This document shows positions 35,594-45,992 of a DNA stretch of 48,351 nucleotides, piece by piece. Both the position numbers and the translations under genes were made by a program. The notes beneath the pieces were generated by a model that did not search any database, had not been told where the DNA came from, and saw only the letters and a list, made by a program, of their open reading frames with translations. Position 1 is the stretch's first letter, and every line of letters starts with the position of its first letter. Source of the stretch: an uncultured Muribaculaceae bacterium. GTDB lineage: Bacteria > Cyanobacteriota > Vampirovibrionia > Gastranaerophilales > Gastranaerophilaceae. Location of the stretch: positions 1-48,351 of the forward strand of contig CAZKJV010000001.1 in the NCBI GenBank assembly GCA_964553175.1, written 5' to 3'.

Positions 35594-35848
35594 ATGTTGC
35601 CTGTAATTACGGAAGATATGTCAGCAGAGGCTTTTTCAAAAATATTTAATGATGTGAACGGTTGGAGAAAAAGCATGATACATTATATAAAAGAGGAAAA
35701 TCCCGAAGTTAATACTGCGATTATTACTGCGGCTCAAAAAACGGGTGCTGATCCAAAATCAGTGGCTTTGGGGGCGTATCTCGTTTATAATCTGTTAGAA
35801 ACCGCATCTGCAGCGCAAGACAATATTTTTAATTCGTTTAACCAATAG
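35594..35848 (+). CDS. Hypothetical helical protein, 84 aa
   Basis: The ATG at 35594 is preceded by GGAGAG (6-nt spacing). The ORF-track ATG at 35564 lies immediately upstream of a TATAAT-like box (35567-35572). Confidence 0.55.
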   Translation: MLPVITEDMSAEAFSKIFNDVNGWRKSMIHYIKEENPEVNTAIITAAQKTGADPKSVALGAYLVYNLLETASAAQDNIFNSFNQ

Positions 35849-35922
35849 TTATACACAAAAACTAAAAATGTTTATGCTATAATTATTTTGATGTATTACA
35901 CTAAGAGAAAAGGAATATAGAC

Positions 35923-37254
35923 GTGGAATTTTTAAGTGGATTAGTTGGAAATAACTCAATTCTTGTATCTGCGGTAATTTTAATTCTTGCATATATTTTT
36001 ATTGCAACGGAAAAAATACCAAAAGTTACAATTGCATTAATCGGGGCTGCGGCTACGATGTTTTTGGGTTTGGTAAGTGTTGGTAAAACTTTGCCAGATG
36101 GAACTTTAGACCCTCATTATTTTATTAATTTTGTTGATTTTAACGTAATTTTCTTGCTTGTTGCAATGATGATTATCGTAAATATTTCAACTGAAACAGG
36201 TGTATTTAATTGGATTGCAAACGAATTATTAAAGTTTACAAAAGGACACCCTGTTAAAGTTTTAGTTGTGTTAGCATTTTTTACTGCAATAGTTTCAGCA
36301 TTTTTGGATAACGTTACAACAGTTATTTTGATTATGCCTGTAACTTTTTATATTGCAGAAAAATTGGATATTAACCCTGCACCATATTTGATTACTGAAA
36401 TTTTAGCATCAAATATCGGTGGTACTGCAACTCTAATCGGTGATCCGCCAAATATTATCATCGGTAGTGCAGCAGGATTTTCATTTATGGATTTCTTGAA
36501 TGAATTAACAGGCATTGTTGCAATTATTTTAGTTTTAGTTGTTTTTGTAATGTATTTGTTCTTTAGAAAACAATTAAAAACAACTCCTGAAAAAATGGCT
36601 GAAATTGCAAAACTTGATAATAGTAATACAATTAAAGATAAAGTAGGAATGATTAGAAGTGTAATTGTTTTAGCACTTGTAATTTTAGGATTTGTAACTC
36701 ACGATATGACACATATCCCAGCAAGTTTGTCAGCTATGGCAGGTGCAAGTTTCTTGCTATTGTTTGAAAATCCGAAAAATATTATCAAAGATGTTGAATG
36801 GAATACAATTTTCTTCTTCATGGGTTTATTCATTATTATTGGTGGTTTAGAGGCATCAGGCGGTATTGCATTAATGGCAAAATGGTTATTAGATGTAACA
36901 AATGGCTCTGAAACTGCAACTGCAATGGTAATCCTTTGGGGTTCAGGTATTTTATCTGGTATAATTGATAACATTCCATACACAGTAACTATGGCACCTA
37001 TGATTGCTAATATTCAATCAGTTATGGGGGCTGAATATGCTCACCCACTATGGTGGTGCTTGTCTTTGGGTGCTTGCTTAGGTGGAAACTTAACTATCAT
37101 CGGTGCTGCGGCAAACGTAATTGTTTCTGAATCGGCAGCGGCAAGAAAACACCCGATTACGTTTATGCAGTTCTTGTTATATGGTTTTGTTACTGTATTT
37201 ATCTCATTGACTGCGTCAACAGTTTACATCTATTTTAGATATTTAGTTCACTAA
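35923..37254 (+). CDS. ArsB/NhaD-superfamily (SLC13-like) anion permease
   Basis: 443 aa, about 11-12 TM helices. FLDNVTTVILIMP and IGGTATLIGDPPNIII motifs are typical of the ArsB/NhaD/CitMHS fold. GTG start. Confidence 0.75.
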   Translation: MEFLSGLVGNNSILVSAVILILAYIFIATEKIPKVTIALIGAAATMFLGLVSVGKTLPDGTLDPHYFINFVDFNVIFLLVAMMIIVNISTETGVFNWIANELLKFTKGHPVKVLVVLAFFTAIVSAFLDNVTTVILIMPVTFYIAEKLDINPAPYLITEILASNIGGTATLIGDPPNIIIGSAAGFSFMDFLNELTGIVAIILVLVVFVMYLFFRKQLKTTPEKMAEIAKLDNSNTIKDKVGMIRSVIVLALVILGFVTHDMTHIPASLSAMAGASFLLLFENPKNIIKDVEWNTIFFFMGLFIIIGGLEASGGIALMAKWLLDVTNGSETATAMVILWGSGILSGIIDNIPYTVTMAPMIANIQSVMGAEYAHPLWWCLSLGACLGGNLTIIGAAANVIVSESAAARKHPITFMQFLLYGFVTVFISLTASTVYIYFRYLVH

Positions 37255-37260
37255 AAATAA

Positions 37261-37290
37261 AAAGTCGGAAGAAATTCCGACTTTCTTATA
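37261..37290 (+). terminator. Intrinsic terminator after the permease gene
   Basis: AAAGTCGGAA-GAAA-TTCCGACTTT hairpin followed by CTTAT. Confidence 0.65.
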
Positions 37291-37316
37291 ATTATTAAAA
37301 ATAAAGGTTAAAATAA

Positions 37317-38954
37317 ATGATTACAACAGAAAATGTTACAGTAAAATTCGGTTCAGAACCACTTTTTGAAAATGTTAATATAAAATTTTCGTCAGGAAAT
37401 TGTTATGGTTTGATTGGTGCAAATGGTGCAGGAAAATCAACATTTTTAAAAGTTTTATCGGGTGAATTGGAACCTACTTCAGGCGAAGTTCATATCAAAA
37501 AAGGTCAAAGAATTTCAGTTTTAAAACAAAATCACTTTGAATTTGACGATTTTTCCGTAATGGATACTGTTATAATGGGCAACAAACATCTTTATGAAAT
37601 TATGAAAGAAAAAGATGCTTTGTATGCAAAACCTGATTTTAACGATGAGGACGGGTTAAGAGTTGCACAGTTGGAAACTGAATTTGCGGAAATGGACGGT
37701 TGGCAAGCGGAAGCTGATGCAGGTTCATTGCTTGCTGATTTAGGTATTCCGTCAGAACTTCATTATAGTTTGATGAAAGATTTGTCAGGTAGTGAAAAAG
37801 TTCGTGTATTGCTTGCTCAAGCGTTGTTTGGAACTCCTGATATATTATTGATGGACGAACCTACAAACCACCTCGATTTGAAAACAATTACTTGGTTGGA
37901 AGATTTTTTGATAGATTTTCCTAATTTGGTTATTGTTGTTTCGCACGATAGAAAATTTTTAGATAGAGTTTGTACTCATATTGCGGATATTGATTTTAGA
38001 AATATTACTTTGTACACAGGTAATTACGCTTTCTGGACTCAAGCCAGTGCTTTGATTATGAAACAAAAAGAAGAACGTAACAAAAAAATTGAAGAAAAAG
38101 CTGAAGAATTTAGAAAATTTATTGCAAGATTTAGTGCAAACGCTTCAAAAGCAAAACAAGCAACTTCAAGAAAAAATATGCTTGAAAAATTGACGCTGGA
38201 AGATATTAAACCGTCAACAAGAAAATATCCAAGTATTAATTTTAAATACTCAAAAATTCCAGGTAAAGATGTTTTGCATATTCAAGGGTTGAATAAATCT
38301 TTAAATGACGAGCTTTTAATTAAAAATTTCTCACTTGATGTTGTTCAAGGTGAAAAAATTGCATTTATTGCTCAAAATCCTATCATTATTTCAACCTTGT
38401 TCAAAATGTTGGCTGGGGAATTAGAACCTGATAGCGGTGAAATCAACTGGGGTGTAACTGCAACACGTTCTTACTATCCGAAAGAAAATGGTCATTTATT
38501 TGATACAAATTTAGATTTAATCAAATGGTTGGGACAATATTCTCAAGAGCAACATATAAGCTATTTGAGGGGATATTTAGGAAGAATGTTGTTCTCGGGT
38601 GAAGATGCTGAAAAATCCGTAAATGTTCTTTCAGGTGGTGAAAAAGTTCGTTGTATGTTAGCAAAAATGATGATTGCTGAAAGTAATGTTCTTATTTTTG
38701 ACGAACCTACAAACCATTTGGATTTGGAAGCGATTACCTCTTTGAACAATGCGTTAATTGATTATACGGGAACAGTTTTATTTACTTCTCAAGATTATCA
38801 ATTTATTCAAACCGTTGCAGATAGAATTGTTGAGATTTCACCGTATGGTTATATTAATTTCCAAATGAAGTACGAGGATTATTTGAATAGTCCTGATATT
38901 CAAAAACGTCGTGATTTAATGTATAACAAATTTGCAAATTCAGGTAAAAAATAA
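37317..38954 (+). CDS. ABC-F family ATPase (two NBDs, no TMD)
   Basis: 545 aa. GANGAGKST plus LSGSEKVR plus LLMDEPTNHLD, then a charged interdomain linker and a second LSGGEKVR plus LIFDEPTNHLD. Confidence 0.9.
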   Translation: MITTENVTVKFGSEPLFENVNIKFSSGNCYGLIGANGAGKSTFLKVLSGELEPTSGEVHIKKGQRISVLKQNHFEFDDFSVMDTVIMGNKHLYEIMKEKDALYAKPDFNDEDGLRVAQLETEFAEMDGWQAEADAGSLLADLGIPSELHYSLMKDLSGSEKVRVLLAQALFGTPDILLMDEPTNHLDLKTITWLEDFLIDFPNLVIVVSHDRKFLDRVCTHIADIDFRNITLYTGNYAFWTQASALIMKQKEERNKKIEEKAEEFRKFIARFSANASKAKQATSRKNMLEKLTLEDIKPSTRKYPSINFKYSKIPGKDVLHIQGLNKSLNDELLIKNFSLDVVQGEKIAFIAQNPIIISTLFKMLAGELEPDSGEINWGVTATRSYYPKENGHLFDTNLDLIKWLGQYSQEQHISYLRGYLGRMLFSGEDAEKSVNVLSGGEKVRCMLAKMMIAESNVLIFDEPTNHLDLEAITSLNNALIDYTGTVLFTSQDYQFIQTVADRIVEISPYGYINFQMKYEDYLNSPDIQKRRDLMYNKFANSGKK

Positions 38955-40063
38955 TGCTTATTGAAGATTTTAAGCTTGAAAATTGGATAAACGAAAGAGA
39001 AAAGCTTTCGTTATATGATTTGTCAAATACGTGTATTTCTCCTTTGACTTTAAAAGAATTAGGGCAAATTTCTGATTGTGATTTTGATGGTTTGTTTGAT
39101 ATAAAGTTAAATTATGGGAAACTTTGGGGTTCTGATAATTTAAAACAGGCTATTTCAAATTTGTATGAAAATCAAAATTTTGAAAATATAACGGTTACTC
39201 TAGGCGGTATCGGGGCAAATAATTTAGTCTTAAAAACTTTGATAAATAAAGGTGATAAGGTTGTTTGTGTTTTACCTTGTTATCAACAGTCTTATTCTTT
39301 GTCAAAGTTTTTTGGTGCCAATATTGAATTGTTTTTCTTGAACGAAAATGATTGGTCTTTGGATAAAGAAAAATTTAAAGAAATTGTTGGAAGTGACACA
39401 AAATTAATTTGTTTAACCACTCCGAATAACCCGACAGGAAAATGTCTTTCCAAGGACGAGGTTGAATTTGTTATTCAAACTGCAAAATCTTGTGGAGCTT
39501 ACATTTTTGCAGATGAAGTTTACAGAGGTTTAAATCATTTTGGAAATCCTTATTCAAAATCTTTTGCGGATTTGTACGAAAAAGGAATTGTAACAGGTAG
39601 TATGTCAAAGGCATATTCGCTTGCGGGTATTCGTTTAGGGTGGGTTGTTGCAAATTCTGAGATTATAGACAAAATTAATTTGAATCGGGAATATAATACG
39701 ATTAGTATAAGTGCGTTAGATGATTATGTTGCAACAGTTGCACTGAATAATCAAGAAAAAATTATTGCACGTAATTTGAAAATAATTGAAAGTGGTAAAA
39801 AATTAGTTAAAGATTTTATTGAAAATAATCCAAAATTATCTTGGGTTGAACCTGATTCCGCAACTATTTGTGCCGTAAAATATGATTTAGATGAAAAATC
39901 AGAAATTTTTTGTGATAAATTATTACAAAAAACAGGTGTTTTAACAATACCTGCAAGTACTTTTGAATACGAAAAGTTTTTCAGAATTGGTTTTGCAATG
40001 GAGAAAGAATATCTAAAAGAGGCTTTAGAAAGAATTTCTGATTTTATTAAAAGAACTTACTAA
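38954..40063 (+). CDS. Class I/II PLP-dependent aminotransferase
   Basis: 369 aa. TPNNPTG, ADEVY and SMSKAYSLAGIRLGW (PLP lysine). Start overlaps the ABC-F stop (ATAATG). Confidence 0.85.
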   Translation: MLIEDFKLENWINEREKLSLYDLSNTCISPLTLKELGQISDCDFDGLFDIKLNYGKLWGSDNLKQAISNLYENQNFENITVTLGGIGANNLVLKTLINKGDKVVCVLPCYQQSYSLSKFFGANIELFFLNENDWSLDKEKFKEIVGSDTKLICLTTPNNPTGKCLSKDEVEFVIQTAKSCGAYIFADEVYRGLNHFGNPYSKSFADLYEKGIVTGSMSKAYSLAGIRLGWVVANSEIIDKINLNREYNTISISALDDYVATVALNNQEKIIARNLKIIESGKKLVKDFIENNPKLSWVEPDSATICAVKYDLDEKSEIFCDKLLQKTGVLTIPASTFEYEKFFRIGFAMEKEYLKEALERISDFIKRTY

Positions 40064-40568
40064 TAAAACTTTTTAAAAATCCTTGTTTTTTAGTTTGTTG
40101 TTTTTGAGATAAAAGGTTATGTGCGTGCATTTCTTCAAATTCAGAACCCATATTTGAACGCAAATAATCTACAACTGCTTTTGAACGTGCTTCTTCTGTT
40201 GGGTATTCAGCTCTGATTTTGTCCAATTCACCATAATCTATGAATTTTCCGCCACAGCTATAACAATCGTCAATGATAACTTGACCTTTTATGCTTGTTG
40301 AATTTTTAACCATTTTCATTCCGCAAGCAGGACAAATTCTTTTATATGTTTCGTCAACTTTTTCAAAAGTTTTTCCTTCAAGTGTTTTTTTTATTTCGTC
40401 TATTGATTCTAATTTTTCATCAAATTTTTTAAACTCTCTGTTATCAAAAAATATTCCGCCACAACCGTTTGTACATATATTTAAAAAACAGTTGTTTTTT
40501 TCTATGAATATTTTTTCCATATCTTTTCCGCAAGCCGGACATTTTAAAGTTTTTGTTGAATCTGCCAT
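40047..40568 (-). CDS. Twin zinc-ribbon (zf-TFIIB-like) protein
   Basis: 173 aa. The CPACG…C..GCGG.F.D..E module occurs twice. The 3' end overlaps the convergent aminotransferase by 17 nt. Confidence 0.7.
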   Translation of the reverse strand: MADSTKTLKCPACGKDMEKIFIEKNNCFLNICTNGCGGIFFDNREFKKFDEKLESIDEIKKTLEGKTFEKVDETYKRICPACGMKMVKNSTSIKGQVIIDDCYSCGGKFIDYGELDKIRAEYPTEEARSKAVVDYLRSNMGSEFEEMHAHNLLSQKQQTKKQGFLKSFISKFF

Positions 40569-40609
40569 GTTTTATCCCTTTTTGTATGGTTATATTGTAG
40601 CATAAATTT

Positions 40610-41377
40610 TTATGTGAATTGTTTTACCTTGTCTATGTCGTTTAAAACTTTTTCAAAACCGTCGGTATCTTTTTTTGTTAGAGTTTCTAATGTCCAGTTT
40701 AAGTTCTTATTTAATTTTGAAAGAATTTTAGCCCAATCATAATCCCCGAAACCTATGTGGTAGTGAATATCTATCCTATCATTAAAAACACCGTCGCTTA
40801 AGTGGTAAGAGCTTGGGTTTAGTTTTAAAAATTCGTCCATATATTCAAATTGGTCAATATTTTGTGATACAGCAGAGCAAAATGCGTGTCCGATGTCAAA
40901 ATTAAACTCGCACCCATAGTTTTCCATGATGTATTTTATTTCTTCAACTGTCGCCCCTCTGCAAACCATTGTATCCGGATTTCTAGGAGCTACAAAAGGT
41001 TTGTTTTCGATACGCATTTTATAGGGTTTTATCAGTTTTAATTGTCTTACAATTTCTTCGGCATTTCCGTCCATACCGCCGTGAACTACAGTGTATTCTG
41101 CATCTAAAGTCTTTGCGTAAGTGTCTACTTGTTCGTAGATTTTTTTGTTGTATTCAAAATATGATTTATCTGCAAGGTTAATTCCTTGGCTAAAATGTGG
41201 GGCGTGAATTGTGAATTTTATGCCATATTTTTCTTTTAATTCTACCCATTTTGGTAATTCTTCCATTTTATCGGGGTATACGTATAACTCAATATAATCG
41301 TATAAATCTCTGTATTTGATTAGATTTTCTTTATAAGGTTCTATGTTGTTTGCAAATTGTTTTATTCCGATTTTCAT
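40610..41377 (-). CDS. Xylose-isomerase-like TIM-barrel protein (sugar phosphate isomerase/epimerase family)
   Basis: 255 aa. HAPH, VVHGG, ENK and D.GH metal-ligand pattern. Start overlaps the rfbA stop (TAATG). Confidence 0.65.
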   Translation of the reverse strand: MKIGIKQFANNIEPYKENLIKYRDLYDYIELYVYPDKMEELPKWVELKEKYGIKFTIHAPHFSQGINLADKSYFEYNKKIYEQVDTYAKTLDAEYTVVHGGMDGNAEEIVRQLKLIKPYKMRIENKPFVAPRNPDTMVCRGATVEEIKYIMENYGCEFNFDIGHAFCSAVSQNIDQFEYMDEFLKLNPSSYHLSDGVFNDRIDIHYHIGFGDYDWAKILSKLNKNLNWTLETLTKKDTDGFEKVLNDIDKVKQFT

Positions 41378-42252
41378 TATTCACCGATTAAATTTTTTAC
41401 GTAATTAAAATATTCGTTATTGCCGTAGTTTTCAATATTTTTGCGTAATTCGTCTTTGCTAATGTATTTCATTCTGTATGCAATTTCTTCAAGGCAAGCA
41501 ATTTTTATCCCTTGGTTTTCTTCAATTGTTTGAACGTATTGAGATGCTCTAAGTAGTGAGGCGTGAGTTCCTGTATCAAGCCAAGAGAAACCTCTACCTA
41601 ATTTAACGGCGTTTAATTGTTTTTTTTCAAGATAAATTTTGTTCAAATCTGTTATTTCTAATTCGCCTCTTGCTGATGGTTTTAAGCTTTTTGCGTATTC
41701 TACAACTGAATTATCGTAAAAATATAGTCCTGTAACTGCGTAATTTGATTTTGGAGTTTGAGGTTTTTCTTCTATTGATAAAATCTTTCCGTTATCATCA
41801 AAATCAACTACCCCAAATCTTTCAGGGTCACGAACTTCGTACGCAAAAATTGTTGCTCCGCCCTTTTTCTTTATGCATTTTGAAACAAATTTTAATTGTC
41901 CTGAAAATTTTGGACCATAAAAAATGTTATCACCTAAAATTAAAGCTACATCGTCGTCTTTGATAAAATCTTCACCTAAAATAAATGCTTGTGCAAGTCC
42001 GTCAGGTGAGGGCTGTTCTTTGTAACTGAAATTTATACCGTATTTTGAGCCGTCGCCAAGAAGTTTTTGGAAATTAGGTAAATCTTGAGGAGTTGAAATT
42101 ATTAATATATCACGAATTCCTGCAAGCATTAGTACAGAAATCGGGTGATAAATCATAGGCTTGTCATAAATTGGTAATAATTGCTTTGAAATTACCATTG
42201 TAGACGGATAAAGTCTTGTTCCGTTTCCGCCTGCAAGTATTATACCTTTCAT
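41377..42252 (-). CDS. rfbA: Glucose-1-phosphate thymidylyltransferase
   Basis: 291 aa. [40 protein letters not shown] and WLDTGT motifs. Confidence 0.95.
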   Translation of the reverse strand: MKGIILAGGNGTRLYPSTMVISKQLLPIYDKPMIYHPISVLMLAGIRDILIISTPQDLPNFQKLLGDGSKYGINFSYKEQPSPDGLAQAFILGEDFIKDDDVALILGDNIFYGPKFSGQLKFVSKCIKKKGGATIFAYEVRDPERFGVVDFDDNGKILSIEEKPQTPKSNYAVTGLYFYDNSVVEYAKSLKPSARGELEITDLNKIYLEKKQLNAVKLGRGFSWLDTGTHASLLRASQYVQTIEENQGIKIACLEEIAYRMKYISKDELRKNIENYGNNEYFNYVKNLIGE

Positions 42253-42288
42253 AAAATTCTCCTTGGTTAGTTTTATTATAACCTAAAA

Positions 42289-43128
42289 TTAATCATCTAC
42301 TCTTAATTGCAAATAAGATTTAAGTGATTTTTTCCAGCTTTCGCAAATTTGATTGTTTTCCATTGTCGAAAATAAAGGTCTTTTTGCAGGTCGGTTAAAT
42401 TCTTCTGTTGTGCAAGGAACAAGGTTTACCTCTATGTTTGAAAGTTTAAATATCTCTTTTGCAAAATCATACCAAGAGGTTTCACCACTTCCACAAATGT
42501 GATAAATTCCATAATCTGGAGTTTCTTCAATTAAATCACAAATGGCTTCAGATAAAGTAATAGTCCAAGTTGGACAACCGATTTGGTCATTTACAACTTT
42601 TATTTCTTTTTTGTTTTCGTTTGCAAGTTTTAGCATTGTTTCAACGAAATTTTTGCCGTGATGACCGTAAAGCCAGCTTGTTCGGATTATATAAAATTTT
42701 TCGCAAATTTTTCGAACAATTTTTTCTGCTTCAAATTTTGTTTTTCCGTATGTGTTTAATGGATTTGGTAAATCTGTCGGTAAATATTTTTCTTTTTTAA
42801 CTCCGTCAAAAACATAATCCGTAGATATAAATATTAATGTTGCATTGATTGATTTGCAAGCTTTTGCAATGTTTTCAGTGCCTTTTACATTGATTTTTTC
42901 TGCAACATCTTTTTCGGTTTCTGCCATATCTACATTTGTGTATGCCGCACAATGGATTACAATATCTGGATTAACTTTTTTTAAAGTGCTTTTTGTTTGA
43001 ATTTCGTTTGTAATATCCAAATTTTCAATGTCTGTTTCAATTATTTCATCAACAAAATCTAAATCTTCCAAAATAGGACACAAATCTTGTCCTAACATTC
43101 CGTTTGCACCTGTAACCAATATTTTCAT
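42289..43128 (-). CDS. rfbD: dTDP-4-dehydrorhamnose reductase
   Basis: 279 aa. ILVTGANGMLG, STDYVFDG, YGKTK and RP.FS motifs. Confidence 0.9.
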   Translation of the reverse strand: MKILVTGANGMLGQDLCPILEDLDFVDEIIETDIENLDITNEIQTKSTLKKVNPDIVIHCAAYTNVDMAETEKDVAEKINVKGTENIAKACKSINATLIFISTDYVFDGVKKEKYLPTDLPNPLNTYGKTKFEAEKIVRKICEKFYIIRTSWLYGHHGKNFVETMLKLANENKKEIKVVNDQIGCPTWTITLSEAICDLIEETPDYGIYHICGSGETSWYDFAKEIFKLSNIEVNLVPCTTEEFNRPAKRPLFSTMENNQICESWKKSLKSYLQLRVDD

Positions 43129-43165
43129 TTTTGAGTTCTTTCTTTTTTGTTTTTTATTTTTATTT

Positions 43166-43894
43166 TTATTCGGTAATTTCTGCTTGTTGTAAGGCGTTTT
43201 CTATAAATTCTATTCTTGCTAAATCTTCTTTATAGTTCGTTTTTTTAAATTTGAGGGTTTTTAATTCAAATTCTAACGCTTTTTTTAAATTATCTTCAGT
43301 CAAATTTTCTTTATTAAAGATAACTTTTCTTGTTTCTATGAAAGAAAGATAAGGAATTTGTTTTATAAAATCTACGGCTTGAGCGTTAATTTTTCCGCCG
43401 ATAATTAATTTTTTATTGTTTTTTTTACAAATTGCAGATATTTTTTTGCAATAATTTAAAATTTGTTCATCGTTTGCGTTTTCAATTTCTAAAGAATTTT
43501 TTAAATCACTTCTGCCAACAACAAAACCTGAGATTTTTTTATCACATTTTTTTAAAATTTCGTCTAAGTTTTCAAATGCTTGCTTTGTTTCAATATTTAT
43601 CAATAATTCAGGATAACCTTTGCTGTACACTTGATTTACGCACATTAAAAATTTTTCAATGGCATAAGGTGATTCAACCATAGGTGCAACAATTTGTGTT
43701 GCGTGAAGTTTTTTGCATCGGTGTAAATCGTGAATTGATGATGCTCCGCCAAGTTTTACGCATAAATTCATATCTACTCTGTGAACGAGTTCTGCAAGTT
43801 CAAAAGCGGTTTGTTCTTCGTAAAATTCGCTTTCAAACTCTAATTTTATGCCGTTTGCACCTAATTTTTTTAGTTCAATTAATTCTTTTAACAT
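43166..43894 (-). CDS. HpcH/HpaI-like aldolase / citrate-lyase-beta-like TIM barrel
   Basis: 242 aa. VAPMVES, INIETKQAFENLDEI and GFVVGRSDL resemble the HpcH-family metal/substrate motifs. Confidence 0.5.
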   Translation of the reverse strand: MLKELIELKKLGANGIKLEFESEFYEEQTAFELAELVHRVDMNLCVKLGGASSIHDLHRCKKLHATQIVAPMVESPYAIEKFLMCVNQVYSKGYPELLINIETKQAFENLDEILKKCDKKISGFVVGRSDLKNSLEIENANDEQILNYCKKISAICKKNNKKLIIGGKINAQAVDFIKQIPYLSFIETRKVIFNKENLTEDNLKKALEFELKTLKFKKTNYKEDLARIEFIENALQQAEITE

Positions 43895-43895
43895 T

Positions 43896-44837
43896 TTAGT
43901 ATATACTTTTTACCAAATTTTCCGCAATTTTTATGGCTTGAGCCTCTTGCATGTTACCATATAAATAATCTTTTACAATTTTTCTTGCGTAAGAACCAAT
44001 TGCAACTCCGTTTATATCAACGTCGCATAATTTTGCAAGTTCTTTTGATTTTGAATTTGTTCCACCTGAAAGAATTATGAATGCAGGTAGATTTTCTTTT
44101 TGGATTAATTCTGCTGTTGCAACGGCTTGGAGTGTTGTTTTAAAGTCATTTTCACCGCCACTCATCGGAGAACCGTCTGCTTGAATTATTGTTGAAAAAT
44201 CTTCTCTGTTTTCAAGCATTTTGTTTAATCTTTTTATAACTTTTTCGTTTGAAAGTTTTGCTCTGTCTATGCAAATGCTTAAAAATCCGTCAAAATTATT
44301 GTTTAAAATTTCCCATTTTTCCATAACCTCAGTTTCGTTGTCGCTAATTGCGTGAAATTCAATACAATCAACGCCTTCTTTGATTATTTCAGGGATAATT
44401 TTGTTTAAATCGGTTGGAAAATTTTGCGTAGAGATTGCGTTTTTCGGACAAATTTTTAAACATTTTGAACAACCGATACATTTTTTTGTATTAATGGTAT
44501 TATTTTCAATTGCATTTTGTTCGCAAAAGTCTTCGCATTTTTGACAATTTATACATTTCTCGTTATCAATAAACGCTTTGTTTACGTGAGGGTCGCCTTT
44601 TATTCCGACAGATACACAAATGAATCTGTTTTGGGTTATTCCAGCTTGTTCTAACCCTTTTTTTGCTGATTTTATAACGTCAATATTTGCAGAAACATCA
44701 AAAATATTGCAACCTGCTTTTGAATACAAATAAACTAATTTTTCGACTTCTTCGGTGTTCTCGTTTCCAGCTCCACAAACGAGTTTAAAACATTTTTTTG
44801 ACTGTAAAACTTTTGCTAAATCTCTATTTGAATGCAC
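43896..44837 (-). CDS. LdpA-like 4Fe-4S ferredoxin-domain protein
   Basis: 313 aa. FKLVCGAGNE N-terminus, two CxxCxxCxxxC(P) motifs (CINCQKCEDFC, CIGCSKCLKICP) and a C-terminal TIM-like half (QADGSPMSGG…ILSGGTN). Confidence 0.6.
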   Translation of the reverse strand: MHSNRDLAKVLQSKKCFKLVCGAGNENTEEVEKLVYLYSKAGCNIFDVSANIDVIKSAKKGLEQAGITQNRFICVSVGIKGDPHVNKAFIDNEKCINCQKCEDFCEQNAIENNTINTKKCIGCSKCLKICPKNAISTQNFPTDLNKIIPEIIKEGVDCIEFHAISDNETEVMEKWEILNNNFDGFLSICIDRAKLSNEKVIKRLNKMLENREDFSTIIQADGSPMSGGENDFKTTLQAVATAELIQKENLPAFIILSGGTNSKSKELAKLCDVDINGVAIGSYARKIVKDYLYGNMQEAQAIKIAENLVKSIY

Positions 44838-45885
44838 CTTGAGTCCTTGAAACTACGTTTCCTTTATTGTCTAAAATTCGCCAATAACCATTTGACAATA
44901 CGTTTACAAGCCCTTTAAATTGAACTTCTTCGTATATCGGAGAAATTGATGTTAAGGCATTTTTTGAGTAGAAAATTACGCCGTATCTGTTGTCAATTCT
45001 TGTTCTGAAGATTAAAATATTATCTTTTTCACATTTTTGTTCGTTAATTAGTTCTACTTCATCGTATAGAGGTTCTGAAATTACGTCGCCACTTTTTAAA
45101 TCGATTAATCCAAATTTGTTGCCTAATGTTGTTTTATAAGATTTTTTATATGGTTGGATTGTGTGATATTTTGGTTTTATTACCGTAATTTTTCCGCTTT
45201 TATAGTTTAAAAGACCTTGTTTTTTGTTTGAAATTATTTTCCAGTTGTAAGAATCAAGTGGAATAATTTCTGTATAAATTGCAGGTACGATTGCTTTTGC
45301 ATTTTTTAAATCATATAAACCTACGTATTTATGCGTTTTTACGAGTACAATGTCTGCATTTTTTGTTTGTTCAAAATTTTCAAATTTTGTAGGTGCTAAC
45401 ATTCTTCCTTTAGCGTTTACAAGTCCTTTTCTGCCGTTTCTATATGAAATATAAATTCCGTTTTTGTTGTCAAAAATTGAAAAATCATCGTAAACAGGGT
45501 TTGTTAATTTTTGGTTATCTTCGTTTATTAAACAGTATTTTGCACCTTTTTTTACTTTATAAAGTTTTTTTGTTGTAATACCGTCTTTTGTGCTAATAGT
45601 GTATGTTGCAAATACATTTTTTGGTAAATTTTTTTTTGCAAGTTTTGTCATCTCTGAAAATTCTGAAGCTTTATTGTTTGTTTTTACTGTCAATGACGCT
45701 CTTGCTGTTTCAAGTTCTTGCGGAACTTTGTCAATAGAAACAGTGTTTTGGATATTCATTGTTGTATTGGTTGACATTTTTTTTATTTGGTTTTCTGTAA
45801 AATTATTGAATTTATTGGCTTTTATGGCAATAAAACTTAAGAATAAAAATAATAGAAAATATACTAAAATTCTTGATTTTTTCAT
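44824..45885 (-). CDS. WG-repeat (KWG-like) secreted protein
   Basis: Signal peptide MKKSRILVYFLLFLFLSFIAIKA. Repeated G(L/V)x(D/N)xxGxxxxPxY units. The ATG at 45885 has GGAG 5 nt upstream; the ORF track extends to 45936. Confidence 0.75.
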   Translation of the reverse strand: MKKSRILVYFLLFLFLSFIAIKANKFNNFTENQIKKMSTNTTMNIQNTVSIDKVPQELETARASLTVKTNNKASEFSEMTKLAKKNLPKNVFATYTISTKDGITTKKLYKVKKGAKYCLINEDNQKLTNPVYDDFSIFDNKNGIYISYRNGRKGLVNAKGRMLAPTKFENFEQTKNADIVLVKTHKYVGLYDLKNAKAIVPAIYTEIIPLDSYNWKIISNKKQGLLNYKSGKITVIKPKYHTIQPYKKSYKTTLGNKFGLIDLKSGDVISEPLYDEVELINEQKCEKDNILIFRTRIDNRYGVIFYSKNALTSISPIYEEVQFKGLVNVLSNGYWRILDNKGNVVSRTQGAFK

Positions 45886-45992
45886 AATAACTCCGTAAAA
45901 TATAAAAATAATACTAAAAATAATTTTTACTGTCAAAGGTATATTTTAAGTTTTTATGCTATGATATGAAAAAACATGAAAAGGAGAATTTT

